Of a stretch of DNA of 64,000 nt, positions 9,831 through 19,737 are shown piece by piece. Under the pieces are notes generated by a model. That model ran no database searches. It saw nothing but the letters and a program-made list of their open reading frames with translations, and was not told the DNA's origin. The stretch covers positions 30,096-94,095 of the forward strand of contig JADLAR010000020.1 of the NCBI GenBank assembly GCA_020848155.1, given 5' to 3'. The DNA comes from Candidatus Sumerlaeota bacterium. GTDB lineage: Bacteria; Sumerlaeota; Sumerlaeia; SLMS01. Within the stretch, counting starts at the first letter, position 1; each line of letters starts with the position of its first letter. The position numbers and the translations under genes are program-made.

Positions 9831-11341
9831 GCATCAACCCCACCCGGCCGATGCGTGTCCGCTTCGCGCCATCACCAACCGGCTTTCTTCACCTTGGCGG
9901 TGCGCGAACCGCACTCTTCAACTGGCTGCTCGCAAAGCAGAACAATGGCGTCTTCATCCTGCGCATCGAGGACACCGACGCGGAACGCTCCACGGAGGAA
10001 TCCACCGGGCAGATTCTTGATTCGTTGCAGTGGCTCGGACTTCAATGGGATGAAGGTCCCTACTTCCAAAGCCAGCGCCTGGAATTGTATCGCGAGCACA
10101 TCGAGCGCCTTTACAAGGAAGGGAAAATCTATCCCGCATTTGAGTCGCCGGAGGAGTTGGAGGCGGAGCGCGAGCGCGCGCTGGCGGAGAAGCGAAACCC
10201 AATTTACAATCGTGCGTCCCTGAGGTTGCCGAAGGAGGAAGTCGATCGACGGCTTGCAGCGGGTGAACGCTTCGTGTGGCGCTTCAAGGTTCCCGATGAG
10301 GGGCACACGGATGTGCCTGAAACGTTGATGAGTGGCGCCGCCGACTGCAAGTTTGAGAATGCCGCGATGGGGGACTTCGTGATTTCCCGCGCCGGCACGA
10401 TGAAGGAACCGGGCTGGCCCCTTTATAATTTTTGCTGCGTTGTTGATGACGCGTTGATGGGGATTTCGCACGTAATCAGGGGGCAGGAGCATCTCTCCAA
10501 CGCGGCCCGGCAGGTTCTGCTCTACCAGGCGTTCGGCTATCCCGTGCCAACCTTCACGCACCTTCCGCTCATCATGAAGAACAACAAGAAGATGAGCAAG
10601 CGGGACAAGGACGCGGATCCGGCATTTCCCGTCAGCGTGTCGGGGCGCCGTGATCTTGGCTACTTGCAGGAAGCCACTGTGAATTTCATCTCCCTCCTTG
10701 GATGCAGCTATCCCATGGAGGAGGAGATTTTTCCGGTTGATGTCTTGATCAAGAACTTCAACCTCGACCGTCTCCAGAAATCGAACGCAAATTTTGATGA
10801 GGACAAGTACCTCTTCCAGAATGCATGGTACTTGCGCAACCTGCCACGGGAGGACGTGGTTGAGCGCGTGAAGCCGTTCATCGAAGCAGCGGGTTACGAC
10901 TGGGAGCGCGCCGCGCCGGTTTCCCACGGCGCGGAGAAGTGGTTGGCTGACATCATCGGCCTGGAAATCGAACGATGCAAGCTCCTGTCTGAGTTTCCTG
11001 CGGCGCTCAGCTACTTCTTCATCGCACCTTCCGAGTACGAACAACGCGGCGTGACGAAGATTTTCCACAACGAAGGCGTACCGGAGCTGTTGGATGCCGT
11101 CGCGGAAGCGCTCCTTCTCACGACCCCCTTTACGAAGGAAGCGATGGAGGATGCACTTAGAAGGCTTGGGGACGCAAAGGGCCTTGGCTTTGGGAAGATC
11201 GCGCAACCCGTTCGCCTCGCTGCTACCGGCCGCACCGCAAGTCCGGGGTTGTTTGACGTGCTGGAGCACCTTGGCCGCGAGGAAGTCATCCGCCGGTTGG
11301 TAAAAGCAAAGGAATGGCTACAGTCCAATCCGAAAACCTGA
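9827..11341 (+). CDS. gltX: glutamate--tRNA ligase
   Basis: HIGH-region 'PSPTGFLHLGGA', KMSKS as 'KMSKR', class-I GluRS architecture, 504 aa. Confidence 0.95.
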   Translation: MSINPTRPMRVRFAPSPTGFLHLGGARTALFNWLLAKQNNGVFILRIEDTDAERSTEESTGQILDSLQWLGLQWDEGPYFQSQRLELYREHIERLYKEGKIYPAFESPEELEAERERALAEKRNPIYNRASLRLPKEEVDRRLAAGERFVWRFKVPDEGHTDVPETLMSGAADCKFENAAMGDFVISRAGTMKEPGWPLYNFCCVVDDALMGISHVIRGQEHLSNAARQVLLYQAFGYPVPTFTHLPLIMKNNKKMSKRDKDADPAFPVSVSGRRDLGYLQEATVNFISLLGCSYPMEEEIFPVDVLIKNFNLDRLQKSNANFDEDKYLFQNAWYLRNLPREDVVERVKPFIEAAGYDWERAAPVSHGAEKWLADIIGLEIERCKLLSEFPAALSYFFIAPSEYEQRGVTKIFHNEGVPELLDAVAEALLLTTPFTKEAMEDALRRLGDAKGLGFGKIAQPVRLAATGRTASPGLFDVLEHLGREEVIRRLVKAKEWLQSNPKT

Positions 11342-11413
11342 GCCGCGCGGACGCTTGACCCCAAGCGGACCAGGCTCGAAATTTCCCATCATCATCTTAC
11401 GAAAGTTTTCTTC

Positions 11414-12730
11414 ATGGCAACAACTCCCGGGAACCTTGTCGTCGCGCAATCCGGCGGACCAACCTCCGTCATCAACCAGTCGCTCGTGGGCGTCGTGCAG
11501 GAGGCGCTAAAGTACGACAGCATCCAAAAGATTCTGGGCGGGCGACACGGATTGGAAGGCGTGCTTCGCGAGGAATTCACCGACCTGCGCAAGCAGACGG
11601 CCCAGACGCTGGAGGATGTCGCAGCGACGCCTTCGGCAGGCCTTGGCTCGTGCCGCTTCAAGCCGAAGGAAGAGGACTGCAAAAGGATTTTCGAGATCTT
11701 CACCCGCCACAATGTGCGATACTTTTTCTACATCGGTGGCAATGATTCGGCGCTGTCAGCGGGCATCATCAACAAGATCGCACAGGAACAGAATTACGAA
11801 CTGTCCGTTTTTCACTGCCCCAAGACAATCGACAACGACCTGCTGGTGACAGACCATTGCCCGGGATTCGGTTCTGCGGCCAAGTACGTGGCGCAGGCCT
11901 TCATGGGGAACGACATGGACAACCGTGCGATTCCCGGCATCAAGATCGATGTGGTGATGGGGCGCAATGCCGGCTGGCTGACCGCTGCCTCGGCGCTGGC
12001 GCGAGTGAACGCGGGGGACGGGCCGCACGCCATCTGCATTCCGGAGCGCAGCTACACGGTCTCGGAGTTTTGCACGAAGGTGGAGGACATCTTTGCCAAG
12101 AACAAGCGTGCATTGGTCGCGGTTTCCGAAGGCTTGTGCGACAAGGACGGCAACGTGTGGCTTCAGTCCGACATCGTTCGCCGCGAGTTGCACGACCTTG
12201 GCATGGAATCACTGGTGAAATGGATGGATGCCACCGGCGAGATTGAGAATGCGGCGGGCGGTGCGAAGCTGGACGCCTTCGGGCACGCGCAACTTTCCGG
12301 CACCGGGGCACTGGCAGACATGCTCGCCTCGATCATAAAGATTCACATGCACAGGAAGACGGGAAAGAAACCACGCATGCGCGCCGACACGCTCGGCTAC
12401 GCCCAGCGTTCCTTCGCCGGGTGCGTGAGCGATGTGGATGCACGTGAGGCACGCGCAAGCGGCGCGGCTGCGGTGCGGGAGGCAATGAACGGCATCCGAA
12501 GCGGATCCATCTGTTTCCGCCGGACTGGCTCCGGAAGCTATTCCTGTGAAACCTTCCGCGCAGCACTTGAGGACGTTTCCGGCGTCAACTTCCCAAAGGG
12601 CGTGAAGCAGTATCGCCCGATCGAAGACAAGTTCATCACCGAGGACAAGTTCGGCGTGACGACTGAGTTCGTTGAATGGGCACGTCCGCTGCTGGGCGCG
12701 CTTCCGGTGAAGGGGATGCTGGCGTCGTAA
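11414..12730 (+). CDS. PfkA-family 6-phosphofructokinase, probably PPi-dependent
   Basis: PFK fold ('SGGPTSVINQS', 'IGGNDS'). Asp replaces the Gly of the GGDGS motif, which is the PPi-PFK signature. Size (438 aa) fits group III/long PFKs. Confidence 0.8.
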   Translation: MATTPGNLVVAQSGGPTSVINQSLVGVVQEALKYDSIQKILGGRHGLEGVLREEFTDLRKQTAQTLEDVAATPSAGLGSCRFKPKEEDCKRIFEIFTRHNVRYFFYIGGNDSALSAGIINKIAQEQNYELSVFHCPKTIDNDLLVTDHCPGFGSAAKYVAQAFMGNDMDNRAIPGIKIDVVMGRNAGWLTAASALARVNAGDGPHAICIPERSYTVSEFCTKVEDIFAKNKRALVAVSEGLCDKDGNVWLQSDIVRRELHDLGMESLVKWMDATGEIENAAGGAKLDAFGHAQLSGTGALADMLASIIKIHMHRKTGKKPRMRADTLGYAQRSFAGCVSDVDAREARASGAAAVREAMNGIRSGSICFRRTGSGSYSCETFRAALEDVSGVNFPKGVKQYRPIEDKFITEDKFGVTTEFVEWARPLLGALPVKGMLAS

Positions 12731-12817
12731 CGCGTTTCAGCTTGCCTTTTCCCAACTCCAAACGCGTATGGATCACAATCAAGCAACCAACGATTTCCCC
12801 CGGAATTGACAGCATCC

Positions 12818-13789
12818 ATGGCAGTGCTCTCCAAAATCAAGTCCTTCATCAAGAAGGAACAAAAGGCGCCGGAACCGAAACTGCGCCAGTGGCCGAGCGA
12901 TCCGAAACTACTCCCTTGGACTGACCAGGCAAATGCAGAGCAGGAGGTTGAGCGTCGGTTGACAGCGAGTCAGTTGACGGCAACCGAGGCGGAACTGGCC
13001 CGCAAGTGGATCAAAGACGGCTATGTTGTATTGAAGGGGCACTACAAGGGGCCTGACATTGACAGGTTGAACACGGAAATAGACGGGCTTTGGACGGCAG
13101 AAAAGCCCCATGAAGGTTTGAACTTTCACGATGTGATCCTGGAGGATGGCGCACCAGCAAAGCTGGTGATGCCGCACAAGGAATTGCTCGCGCTTCCTTC
13201 CGATGAACGCGAAAAGGCATGCCTCCGCGGAAAGTGGCGGATTCACGGGTTTCATTTCCATTCACCGACAGCGATGAACATCTTCAAGGACGAGGCGCTG
13301 CGCAAGACCGTCTCGATGCTACTGGGAACGGAAACGCAGCCGCAGTATACGATCAACTTCCATTGGGGAAGCCAGCACGGCTTGCATCAGGACTTGATGG
13401 TGTTCCATGTGCATCCGGCGAATTATCTGATCGGCGCGTGGATCGCACTGGAGGATATCAGTCCCGACAGCGGCCCCCTGGTGTATGCGCCCGGATCCCA
13501 TCGTGTGCCAATCTATCACGAGTACGACAATTATCCGCAGACGAACCTTCGCACCAGCGATCAGGAGCGTCGCAAACGATATGAGGCGCATCTGGCGGAG
13601 GAAGGCAAAAAATTCGAGCGCCATCAGTTCATTGCGAAGAAGGGCGATGTGCTGCTGTGGCATGCGATGATCCTGCACGGTGGGGATGAAATCAGGAACA
13701 GGGCACTGACACGGCGTTCCATGGTGATTCATTACATGCCACCGGAGATGGACAAATCGAAGGAAGTCGTTGGGCCCTTCATGTGGTGA
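12818..13789 (+). CDS. PhyH-family Fe(II)/2-oxoglutarate-dependent dioxygenase
   Basis: HxD...H facial triad context 'LHQDLMVFHV' ... 'LWHAMILHGG', phytanoyl-CoA dioxygenase-like length. Confidence 0.75.
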   Translation: MAVLSKIKSFIKKEQKAPEPKLRQWPSDPKLLPWTDQANAEQEVERRLTASQLTATEAELARKWIKDGYVVLKGHYKGPDIDRLNTEIDGLWTAEKPHEGLNFHDVILEDGAPAKLVMPHKELLALPSDEREKACLRGKWRIHGFHFHSPTAMNIFKDEALRKTVSMLLGTETQPQYTINFHWGSQHGLHQDLMVFHVHPANYLIGAWIALEDISPDSGPLVYAPGSHRVPIYHEYDNYPQTNLRTSDQERRKRYEAHLAEEGKKFERHQFIAKKGDVLLWHAMILHGGDEIRNRALTRRSMVIHYMPPEMDKSKEVVGPFMW

Positions 13790-14811
13790 CAACACGACCC
13801 AAAGTGCCTTCCAAGAAAAAGAAAACATTTCCCTTCGAGCGCGTGCTGATTACCGGCGGCGCTGGTTTCATCGGTTCGCACTTGTGCGACCGGCTGCTTG
13901 GCGATGGCGTGCAGGTGGAGATCATTGATGACCTCTCCACCGGATCGATTCGCAATGTTGAGCACCTGAGGAGGAACAAGAACTTCGACGTGACGATCGC
14001 CTCCATCCTTGACGAGGCGAAACTTGCGGAGTGCGTCGACCGCGCGGATGCCGTCATCCACATGGCCGCCGCTGTTGGCGTGCGACTCATCGTGGAGAAT
14101 CCCGTTCGCACCATTGAAACGAATTTGAACGGGACGGAAAATGTCCTTCGCGCATCGTTCAAGAAGAAAAGACCCGTGCTCGTTGCAAGCACGAGCGAGG
14201 TGTATGGAAAGCGGCAGGACGTCCCCTTCCGCGAGGACGACGACCTGATTCTCGGTGCGTCACGGCGCCCACGGTGGGCATACGCGTGTTCGAAGCTGAT
14301 GGATGAATTTCTTGCGCTCGCGCACTGGCGCGAAAACAAGATGCCGGTCGTTATCGCGCGACTCTTCAACACCGTCGGTCCGCGACAAACGGGCATGTAC
14401 GGCATGGTGATCCCGCGCCTGACGGCGCAGGCGCTGGCCGGCCAACCGCTCACGATCTACGGCGACGGCTTGCAAACACGCACCTTTTGTCACGTCACCG
14501 ATGCCGTGGAGGGGCTTGTTTCCCTGCTCAGTGATGAGAAGATTTATGGCGCCGTGTACAACTTGGGCGGGGTGGGTGAAATTTCCATCCGCGATCTGGC
14601 GACACTCATCATCAAGAAAACCCGTAGCAAATCGAAGCTGCAATTCATCCCCTTCGAGAAGGCCTACGACGGTGATTTCGAGGACATGCAGCGTCGCGTT
14701 CCCGACCTAACCAGGATCAACGCAGCCACAGGGTACTGGCCGAAGCGCTCCATCGAAAAGATTATAGAAGATGTTATCGCGTTCCAACGCGGCAAGCGCC
14801 CCAGCAAGTAA
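13783..14811 (+). CDS. NAD-dependent NDP-sugar epimerase/dehydratase (extended SDR)
   Basis: 'VLITGGAGFIGSHL' Rossmann motif, catalytic 'YACSKL'. GTG start overlaps the PhyH stop. Confidence 0.85.
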   Translation: MVTTRPKVPSKKKKTFPFERVLITGGAGFIGSHLCDRLLGDGVQVEIIDDLSTGSIRNVEHLRRNKNFDVTIASILDEAKLAECVDRADAVIHMAAAVGVRLIVENPVRTIETNLNGTENVLRASFKKKRPVLVASTSEVYGKRQDVPFREDDDLILGASRRPRWAYACSKLMDEFLALAHWRENKMPVVIARLFNTVGPRQTGMYGMVIPRLTAQALAGQPLTIYGDGLQTRTFCHVTDAVEGLVSLLSDEKIYGAVYNLGGVGEISIRDLATLIIKKTRSKSKLQFIPFEKAYDGDFEDMQRRVPDLTRINAATGYWPKRSIEKIIEDVIAFQRGKRPSK

Positions 14812-15027
14812 GAACGCTCATTCCTTTTCGTTCCACTGGAGTGAGCGGTGTGCAACCGTGCAGGCACACCGCCAGACCGCCGGCCTTTGCCAGTGGCAGG
14901 AACCAAGTCACGCCAGACGCATCCAACCTTCCGGCCTTGACTTTGCCCATCCTCCTGCACGACAGTGGCACGTTAGCTGGCGTCTTTTCCCAGCCATTGA
15001 TTTGCAAGGGTTTAACATCAGTTTTCC

Positions 15028-16488
15028 ATGTCGATGCACGTCGCCTTCATAACCGCGTATGACCCGCGCAGCCCCTATCAGGTGAGCCTGCCGCCGCTCG
15101 GCATTGGGTATTTGTCCTCCTACCTGAAGCAGAAGTGCTGGTTCGTCGAGACGAGCTTTCATCACACCGCCGAGGAATTGATCGACGCAAAGCCGGACAT
15201 AATTGCGGTTTCCTCCACGACGGAAAATTTTCGGCACGCGACCGACCTTGCACGCATTGCAAAGGAAACACTGGGCAAGCCGGTGATCGGTGGTGGCATG
15301 CACATCACCAGCCTGCCGCATACGCTGCCGGACGTGTATGACCTTGGTGTGGTTGGCGAAGGGGAACAAACGATCGTCGAGATCATCAATCTCTACAATT
15401 CTGTCTCCAATCCGGGACCTGAAGACTTCAAGAAGTTGAAGGGTGTGGTGTATCACGAAGATGGCCGAGTGGTCATGTCGACGCCGCAGGACCTGATTCG
15501 TGAGATGGATGAGATGCCATATCCTGACCGCGACATGATCGACCATGGATGGAAGGTGCCTAACTGGGATACAGTGCATCTGGTTTCCAGCCGCGGCTGT
15601 CCGTACAAGTGCTCCTTCTGCTCCAGTTCCCTCCACTGGAAACGCTTCCGTTTCTTCTCTCCAGAATATGTGGCGAAGGAAATTGAGTACCTTCGCAACC
15701 GATACAATCCCCAGACGCTTTATTTCTTCGACGATTTGTTCGTGGGGCACATCGGCCGCTGGCGCGAGGTGGTGAAGTTGTTCAAGGAACGCAGGATTCA
15801 TGAAGGCGTGCGCTTCCGCGCCTACGCGCGCGTGGACCTCATCACGCAGCAGATGGCCGATGAATTCGCCGATCTGAACTTCCAGTATATCGACTTCGGA
15901 TTTGAATCGAACTCCGAGCCGGTCCTGAAATTCCTTACGAAGACACGCGTGACACCGGAAGTCAATCAGCGCGCGATTGACATGCTGGCGAAGAACAACC
16001 TGTCCATCGGCGCCAATTTCATCATTGGCTCACCGCCGGAAACGTTGGAGATGGCGGAAGAAACCTACCAGTTTGCCCTGAAGAATCGCGATCACATCGA
16101 GCGCTGTTCGGTCGGGCCGCTACAGCCACTGCCGGGCACAGGCGTCTGGAACTACGCAAAATCCAAGGGTATCGTGAGCGACAACTTCGAGTGGTCACGA
16201 CTTGGGGTCACCTACGACACGTTCAGTTGGGATACCTTCCCGTTCCTGGGCGAGAGTGTTTCCCGTGAGGACTTCTGGAACTTCTGGACGAAGTTTCACC
16301 ACCTCGCGAAGGAAATCAACTATGTGGGCCAAATTCGCGGGATCGCGTACCAGAATGGGCAGAAGGAACAGAAGCTTCGCAAGCTGGAGCAGGAACTTAA
16401 AACCCTTCAAGGCTCACGCCTGGTGAAAGTCGCGAGCAAGATTCGCGACATCAAACAAGGCCTCTTCGGAAAACCCGTCGAAGTGTAA
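15028..16488 (+). CDS. B12-binding-domain radical SAM protein
   Basis: N-terminal cobalamin-binding-like domain followed by 'SSRGCPYKCSFCSS' (CxxxCxxC) radical SAM core. 486 aa. Confidence 0.85.
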   Translation: MSMHVAFITAYDPRSPYQVSLPPLGIGYLSSYLKQKCWFVETSFHHTAEELIDAKPDIIAVSSTTENFRHATDLARIAKETLGKPVIGGGMHITSLPHTLPDVYDLGVVGEGEQTIVEIINLYNSVSNPGPEDFKKLKGVVYHEDGRVVMSTPQDLIREMDEMPYPDRDMIDHGWKVPNWDTVHLVSSRGCPYKCSFCSSSLHWKRFRFFSPEYVAKEIEYLRNRYNPQTLYFFDDLFVGHIGRWREVVKLFKERRIHEGVRFRAYARVDLITQQMADEFADLNFQYIDFGFESNSEPVLKFLTKTRVTPEVNQRAIDMLAKNNLSIGANFIIGSPPETLEMAEETYQFALKNRDHIERCSVGPLQPLPGTGVWNYAKSKGIVSDNFEWSRLGVTYDTFSWDTFPFLGESVSREDFWNFWTKFHHLAKEINYVGQIRGIAYQNGQKEQKLRKLEQELKTLQGSRLVKVASKIRDIKQGLFGKPVEV

Positions 16489-16514
16489 CTCTTGTTACAG
16501 TCGCCCGCACCGCG

Positions 16515-18308
16515 TCATTTGCGCGCCTCGGGAATAATCTCCAGTGCCACCCTTTTGTCGCCGCGCATCACGACCACGGCGGTCTTCTCGCCGATCTTGA
16601 TGCCTTCCAGTGCGTACATGTAGTCGTAGATATTCGCAACCTTGCGGCCGCCGAACTCAATGATGACGTCGCCCTTCTCCAAGCCAGCTTTTGCGGCGGG
16701 GCCGTCCTTCATCACGCCGCTCAGTTTCAGCCCCTCCACTTCCGCGGCGTAGTCGGGAATTGTTCCTGTATAGACGCGTCCCACGCCGCGGCCGGATTCA
16801 CCCTCAGGCTTTGTGCGTTCAACCGCCGTGTATGTTGGACCTTTCTCGTCATTCATCAGGCTTCCAACGATGTTCGTCGCCAGTGTCACCATGCGATCCA
16901 TGGCTTCGTAGTTCAGCTTTTCCGCAGTATCGCTGGGCTTGTGATAGTTCTCGTGGGCGCCAGTGAAGAGATTCAGCACGGGAACTTTTGCGGTGTAGAA
17001 AACGCTGGCATCGGTAGGCAGGTACGGGTCCTTGGACATGACGAGGTCAAAACCCGGTCGCATGTTTGCCTTCTCCACAATTGATGGCCATTCAGGCGCG
17101 GATCCGATCCCCTGGGCGGAGAGCTTGTTGTCCCGCGCATAGCCGACCATGTCCAAATTCAGGTACGCGGTGATCTTCTCCACGGGAATCAGCTTCTTGT
17201 CGATGAAGGCCTGTGAACCAATGACACCCAATTCCTCGCCCGACCAAAACGCCAACGCGATATTGCGCGGGCGCTGTTCCCTGGCAAGCGCCCCGGCCAC
17301 TTCCAGGATGACTGCGACGCCGCTGGCGTTGTCGTCGGCGCCTGGGTGAATCTTGCCTGCGTCGCCCTCGCCCGCCAATGAATCGCCACCTGCGCCGTGC
17401 CCCAAGTGATCGTAGTGTGCGCCGATGAGGACATACTCATCGGTTTCGCCCTTCGTTGCGGGCAGGTAGCCAACCACGTTGTGCCCTTCGCGTCTGTCCT
17501 TCTTGATGGCCGCGCTGATGGTGACTGTCTTGTTTGTGAAGGCGAACCCGCTCACATGTGGATTGCCGGAGTCCAATTCCGTCTGGATCGCTTTCAGCGT
17601 CTTGTCCTCACCCGCGAAAAGCGCGTCTGCAAACTCACCATCGGCGCTGACCGCGATGATCTGCGACCCCGCCACGGAGGTGTCGAAGCCAACAGGAACT
17701 GTTTTCCCTGCGTTGGGAGAATTGGGCCCCGTGAGCACGATCACGCCAACAGCACCTGCTTCGCGCGCATTCATCGCCTTGTAACGCAGGCCGGCGTAGC
17801 GGCTTAGCTCATGACGGAAAGCTTCCTCCTTCACGTTCTCCGGGAAATAGCGCAGCATCACGACAATCTTGCCCTTCACATCCAGCTCATGGAAACTGTC
17901 ATAGGGGGTTTCCGAAGAACCGGGTGACTTGATCCCGTATCCCGCGAACACAACCGGGGCACTGATTGTTCCATTGTCTGAGAAGGACATCCCAACAACA
18001 TGATCGCCTGGGAAGTCCTTCGCTGTGGCCCCCTGTGTCAGCTTGATCGAGGACCCCTCATCCTTCATGCCCGACACGAAATCGAACGGCAGCAAGAACG
18101 AATCATGGCCAGGCAATGGCTGAATGCCCCTCGCACGCAGTTGAGCGCCCAGATACTCCGATGCAATTCGTTCGCCCTCACTTCCCGTCAGGCGGCCTTC
18201 CAGCAGCGGCGAGGAGAGGAACTCCACATGCGCGCGAAGATCGGTTTCGTCGGCAGCGGCCAAGCATGGGATGACAGCCATCGCCAGAATCATCAGGGAC
18301 TTTTTCAT
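16515..18308 (-). CDS. secreted M28-family aminopeptidase with PA and C-terminal PDZ domains
   Basis: Signal peptide MKKSLMILAMAVIPCLAA. Zn-ligand context 'HYDHLGHG', 'DDNASG', 'EELG'. C-terminal PDZ 'GVMKDGPAAKAGLEKGDVIIEFGG'. Confidence 0.8.
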   Translation of the reverse strand: MKKSLMILAMAVIPCLAAADETDLRAHVEFLSSPLLEGRLTGSEGERIASEYLGAQLRARGIQPLPGHDSFLLPFDFVSGMKDEGSSIKLTQGATAKDFPGDHVVGMSFSDNGTISAPVVFAGYGIKSPGSSETPYDSFHELDVKGKIVVMLRYFPENVKEEAFRHELSRYAGLRYKAMNAREAGAVGVIVLTGPNSPNAGKTVPVGFDTSVAGSQIIAVSADGEFADALFAGEDKTLKAIQTELDSGNPHVSGFAFTNKTVTISAAIKKDRREGHNVVGYLPATKGETDEYVLIGAHYDHLGHGAGGDSLAGEGDAGKIHPGADDNASGVAVILEVAGALAREQRPRNIALAFWSGEELGVIGSQAFIDKKLIPVEKITAYLNLDMVGYARDNKLSAQGIGSAPEWPSIVEKANMRPGFDLVMSKDPYLPTDASVFYTAKVPVLNLFTGAHENYHKPSDTAEKLNYEAMDRMVTLATNIVGSLMNDEKGPTYTAVERTKPEGESGRGVGRVYTGTIPDYAAEVEGLKLSGVMKDGPAAKAGLEKGDVIIEFGGRKVANIYDYMYALEGIKIGEKTAVVVMRGDKRVALEIIPEARK

Positions 18309-18347
18309 GTCAGAAACATCTCTTTCAGGCAGTGTTGAAGCGTGATG

Positions 18348-19490
18348 TCAGTTCTTGTCTTCTTTTCGTGCAGGAGCCTTCGCGATCGCTTCCCGCGCTC
18401 CTTCGTGGTTCCACCGCGCCATGAATAATTGCGATGCACCCTTGCGGTTGCTGGTCCATACAAGGCTTTTCCCGTCAGGCGAAAAGACCGGAAGGCCGTC
18501 GAAGCCGTCGGTATACGTCACGCGAACCGGCTCCTTTTTTCCCTCCGCATCAACAAGATACAACTCAAAGTTCGAAAAGCCCTCCTTGTTGGATGCAAAG
18601 ATGACATACTCGTTTGAGGGATGAAAAAATGGAGCCCAACTCATGGCGTCGAAATGTGTGATGCGCTTCTGGTTCTTGCCATCGGCATCCGCCGTATAGA
18701 CATCGGCAGTCGCTCCGTCGGCTGAAAACCTGCGCCAGATGATGCGCGCCCCGTCATAGGAGAAAAATGGTCCGCCATCGTAGCCGGGGACGTCGGTAAT
18801 CTGCCGAACGTTCCCGCCGTCCGCATCCATCAGGTAGATGTCCGCGAAATACTCCGGATTGATTTCACGCTTCTTTGCATCCTCCTCTGACAGTCCCTCC
18901 CGAAAGGCGTTCCGATTGGAACTGAACACGATCGTTTTTCCATCGCGGGAGTATGCGCATTCCGCGTCATAGCCTTCCTCCCTTGTCAACTGCGTGTAGG
19001 CCTTTGTAGCGCGGTCAAACCGATAGATGTCAAAGTGTGAGTCATAATCCCATGAGTAGCGTCGCTCTTTGCCGGATGCCCGGAACTCCAACTCCGCCTT
19101 TTGCAATTCCAGGGACTTCGGATCGCCATGCGTGGAAGCAAAAATAACCTGCTGTGAATCTGCGGGGTTGATGTAGGAACAGGTTGTCTTGCCCGTGCCG
19201 GGAGAAATCCGTTCCGAATCCCCGGTGTCCAGATTCAGCAAATAAATTTGATACCAAGGGTTCTCCGGTTCGCGCTCGCTTTGCAGGGTGAGCAGCTTTC
19301 CATCGAGGGAAAAATACCCTTCGCCAGACCGCTTGCCGTCATAAGTCAGCTGCCTCGTTTGCGTCAAAAACTGGTCCCCGGACGCGATCTTGTCGCCCGC
19401 TGCGACCTTTTCCACATGAATAGGGTCTGCCGTCGCTATTCCGGCGAGTGCAAGCAAACCGAGTAAAATCAAAACTTTGGAAATGGACAT
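18348..19490 (-). CDS. TolB-like WD40/PD40 beta-propeller protein, secreted
   Basis: Signal peptide MSISKVLILLGLLALAGIATA (start at 19488-19490). Repeated 'S(P/R)DG' PD40 blades ('YSRDGKTIVFSS', 'FSYDGARIIW', 'FSPDGKSLVWTS'). Confidence 0.7.
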   Translation of the reverse strand: MSISKVLILLGLLALAGIATADPIHVEKVAAGDKIASGDQFLTQTRQLTYDGKRSGEGYFSLDGKLLTLQSEREPENPWYQIYLLNLDTGDSERISPGTGKTTCSYINPADSQQVIFASTHGDPKSLELQKAELEFRASGKERRYSWDYDSHFDIYRFDRATKAYTQLTREEGYDAECAYSRDGKTIVFSSNRNAFREGLSEEDAKKREINPEYFADIYLMDADGGNVRQITDVPGYDGGPFFSYDGARIIWRRFSADGATADVYTADADGKNQKRITHFDAMSWAPFFHPSNEYVIFASNKEGFSNFELYLVDAEGKKEPVRVTYTDGFDGLPVFSPDGKSLVWTSNRKGASQLFMARWNHEGAREAIAKAPARKEDKN

Positions 19491-19737
19491 GAATGAAAAA
19501 CTCCGATGCATTGCATCAACGCGGCCACAGCGTTGTTGGGGCGTCAAACGGCTTCCTTTGCCATGCCATCACGACTCTATGTTCCGTTCACTGAATCGCT
19601 TTCTGTAAGCGACCCCATTGCAGATCCATAATTACTGATTCGTGCGCCGAGAATTTCAGATGGGAAGCGCTGCGGGGCGAAAAGGCACCCGTGGGAGACA
19701 CGGCCTCTTTTTGACACAGGATTCGTTCTATTGAAAA

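Noticed and set aside
9872-11269. 465-aa minus-strand ORF antisense to gltX
   Set aside because: gltX on the plus strand has unmistakable HIGH/KMSKS motifs. The antisense frame is Arg/Ala-rich with no recognisable domain, which is a typical high-GC shadow ORF.
14966-14981. sigma-54-like TGGCAC-N5-CTGGC element upstream of the radical SAM gene
   Set aside because: The -12 element is off by one position and lacks the TTGC core. No bEBP gene nearby. Too weak to call.
14908-15801. 297-aa minus-strand ORF opposite the 5' half of the radical SAM gene
   Set aside because: The plus-strand frame contains the B12-binding domain and CxxxCxxC motif. The antisense product is low-complexity with no start context.
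19610-19737. Short GC hairpin (CCGTG-ggaga-CACGG) with T-run between the TolB-like gene and tRNA-Leu
   Set aside because: Stem of only 5 bp, and orientation does not fit a convergent gene end. Possibly tRNA-Leu 3' processing or termination context, but not convincing.
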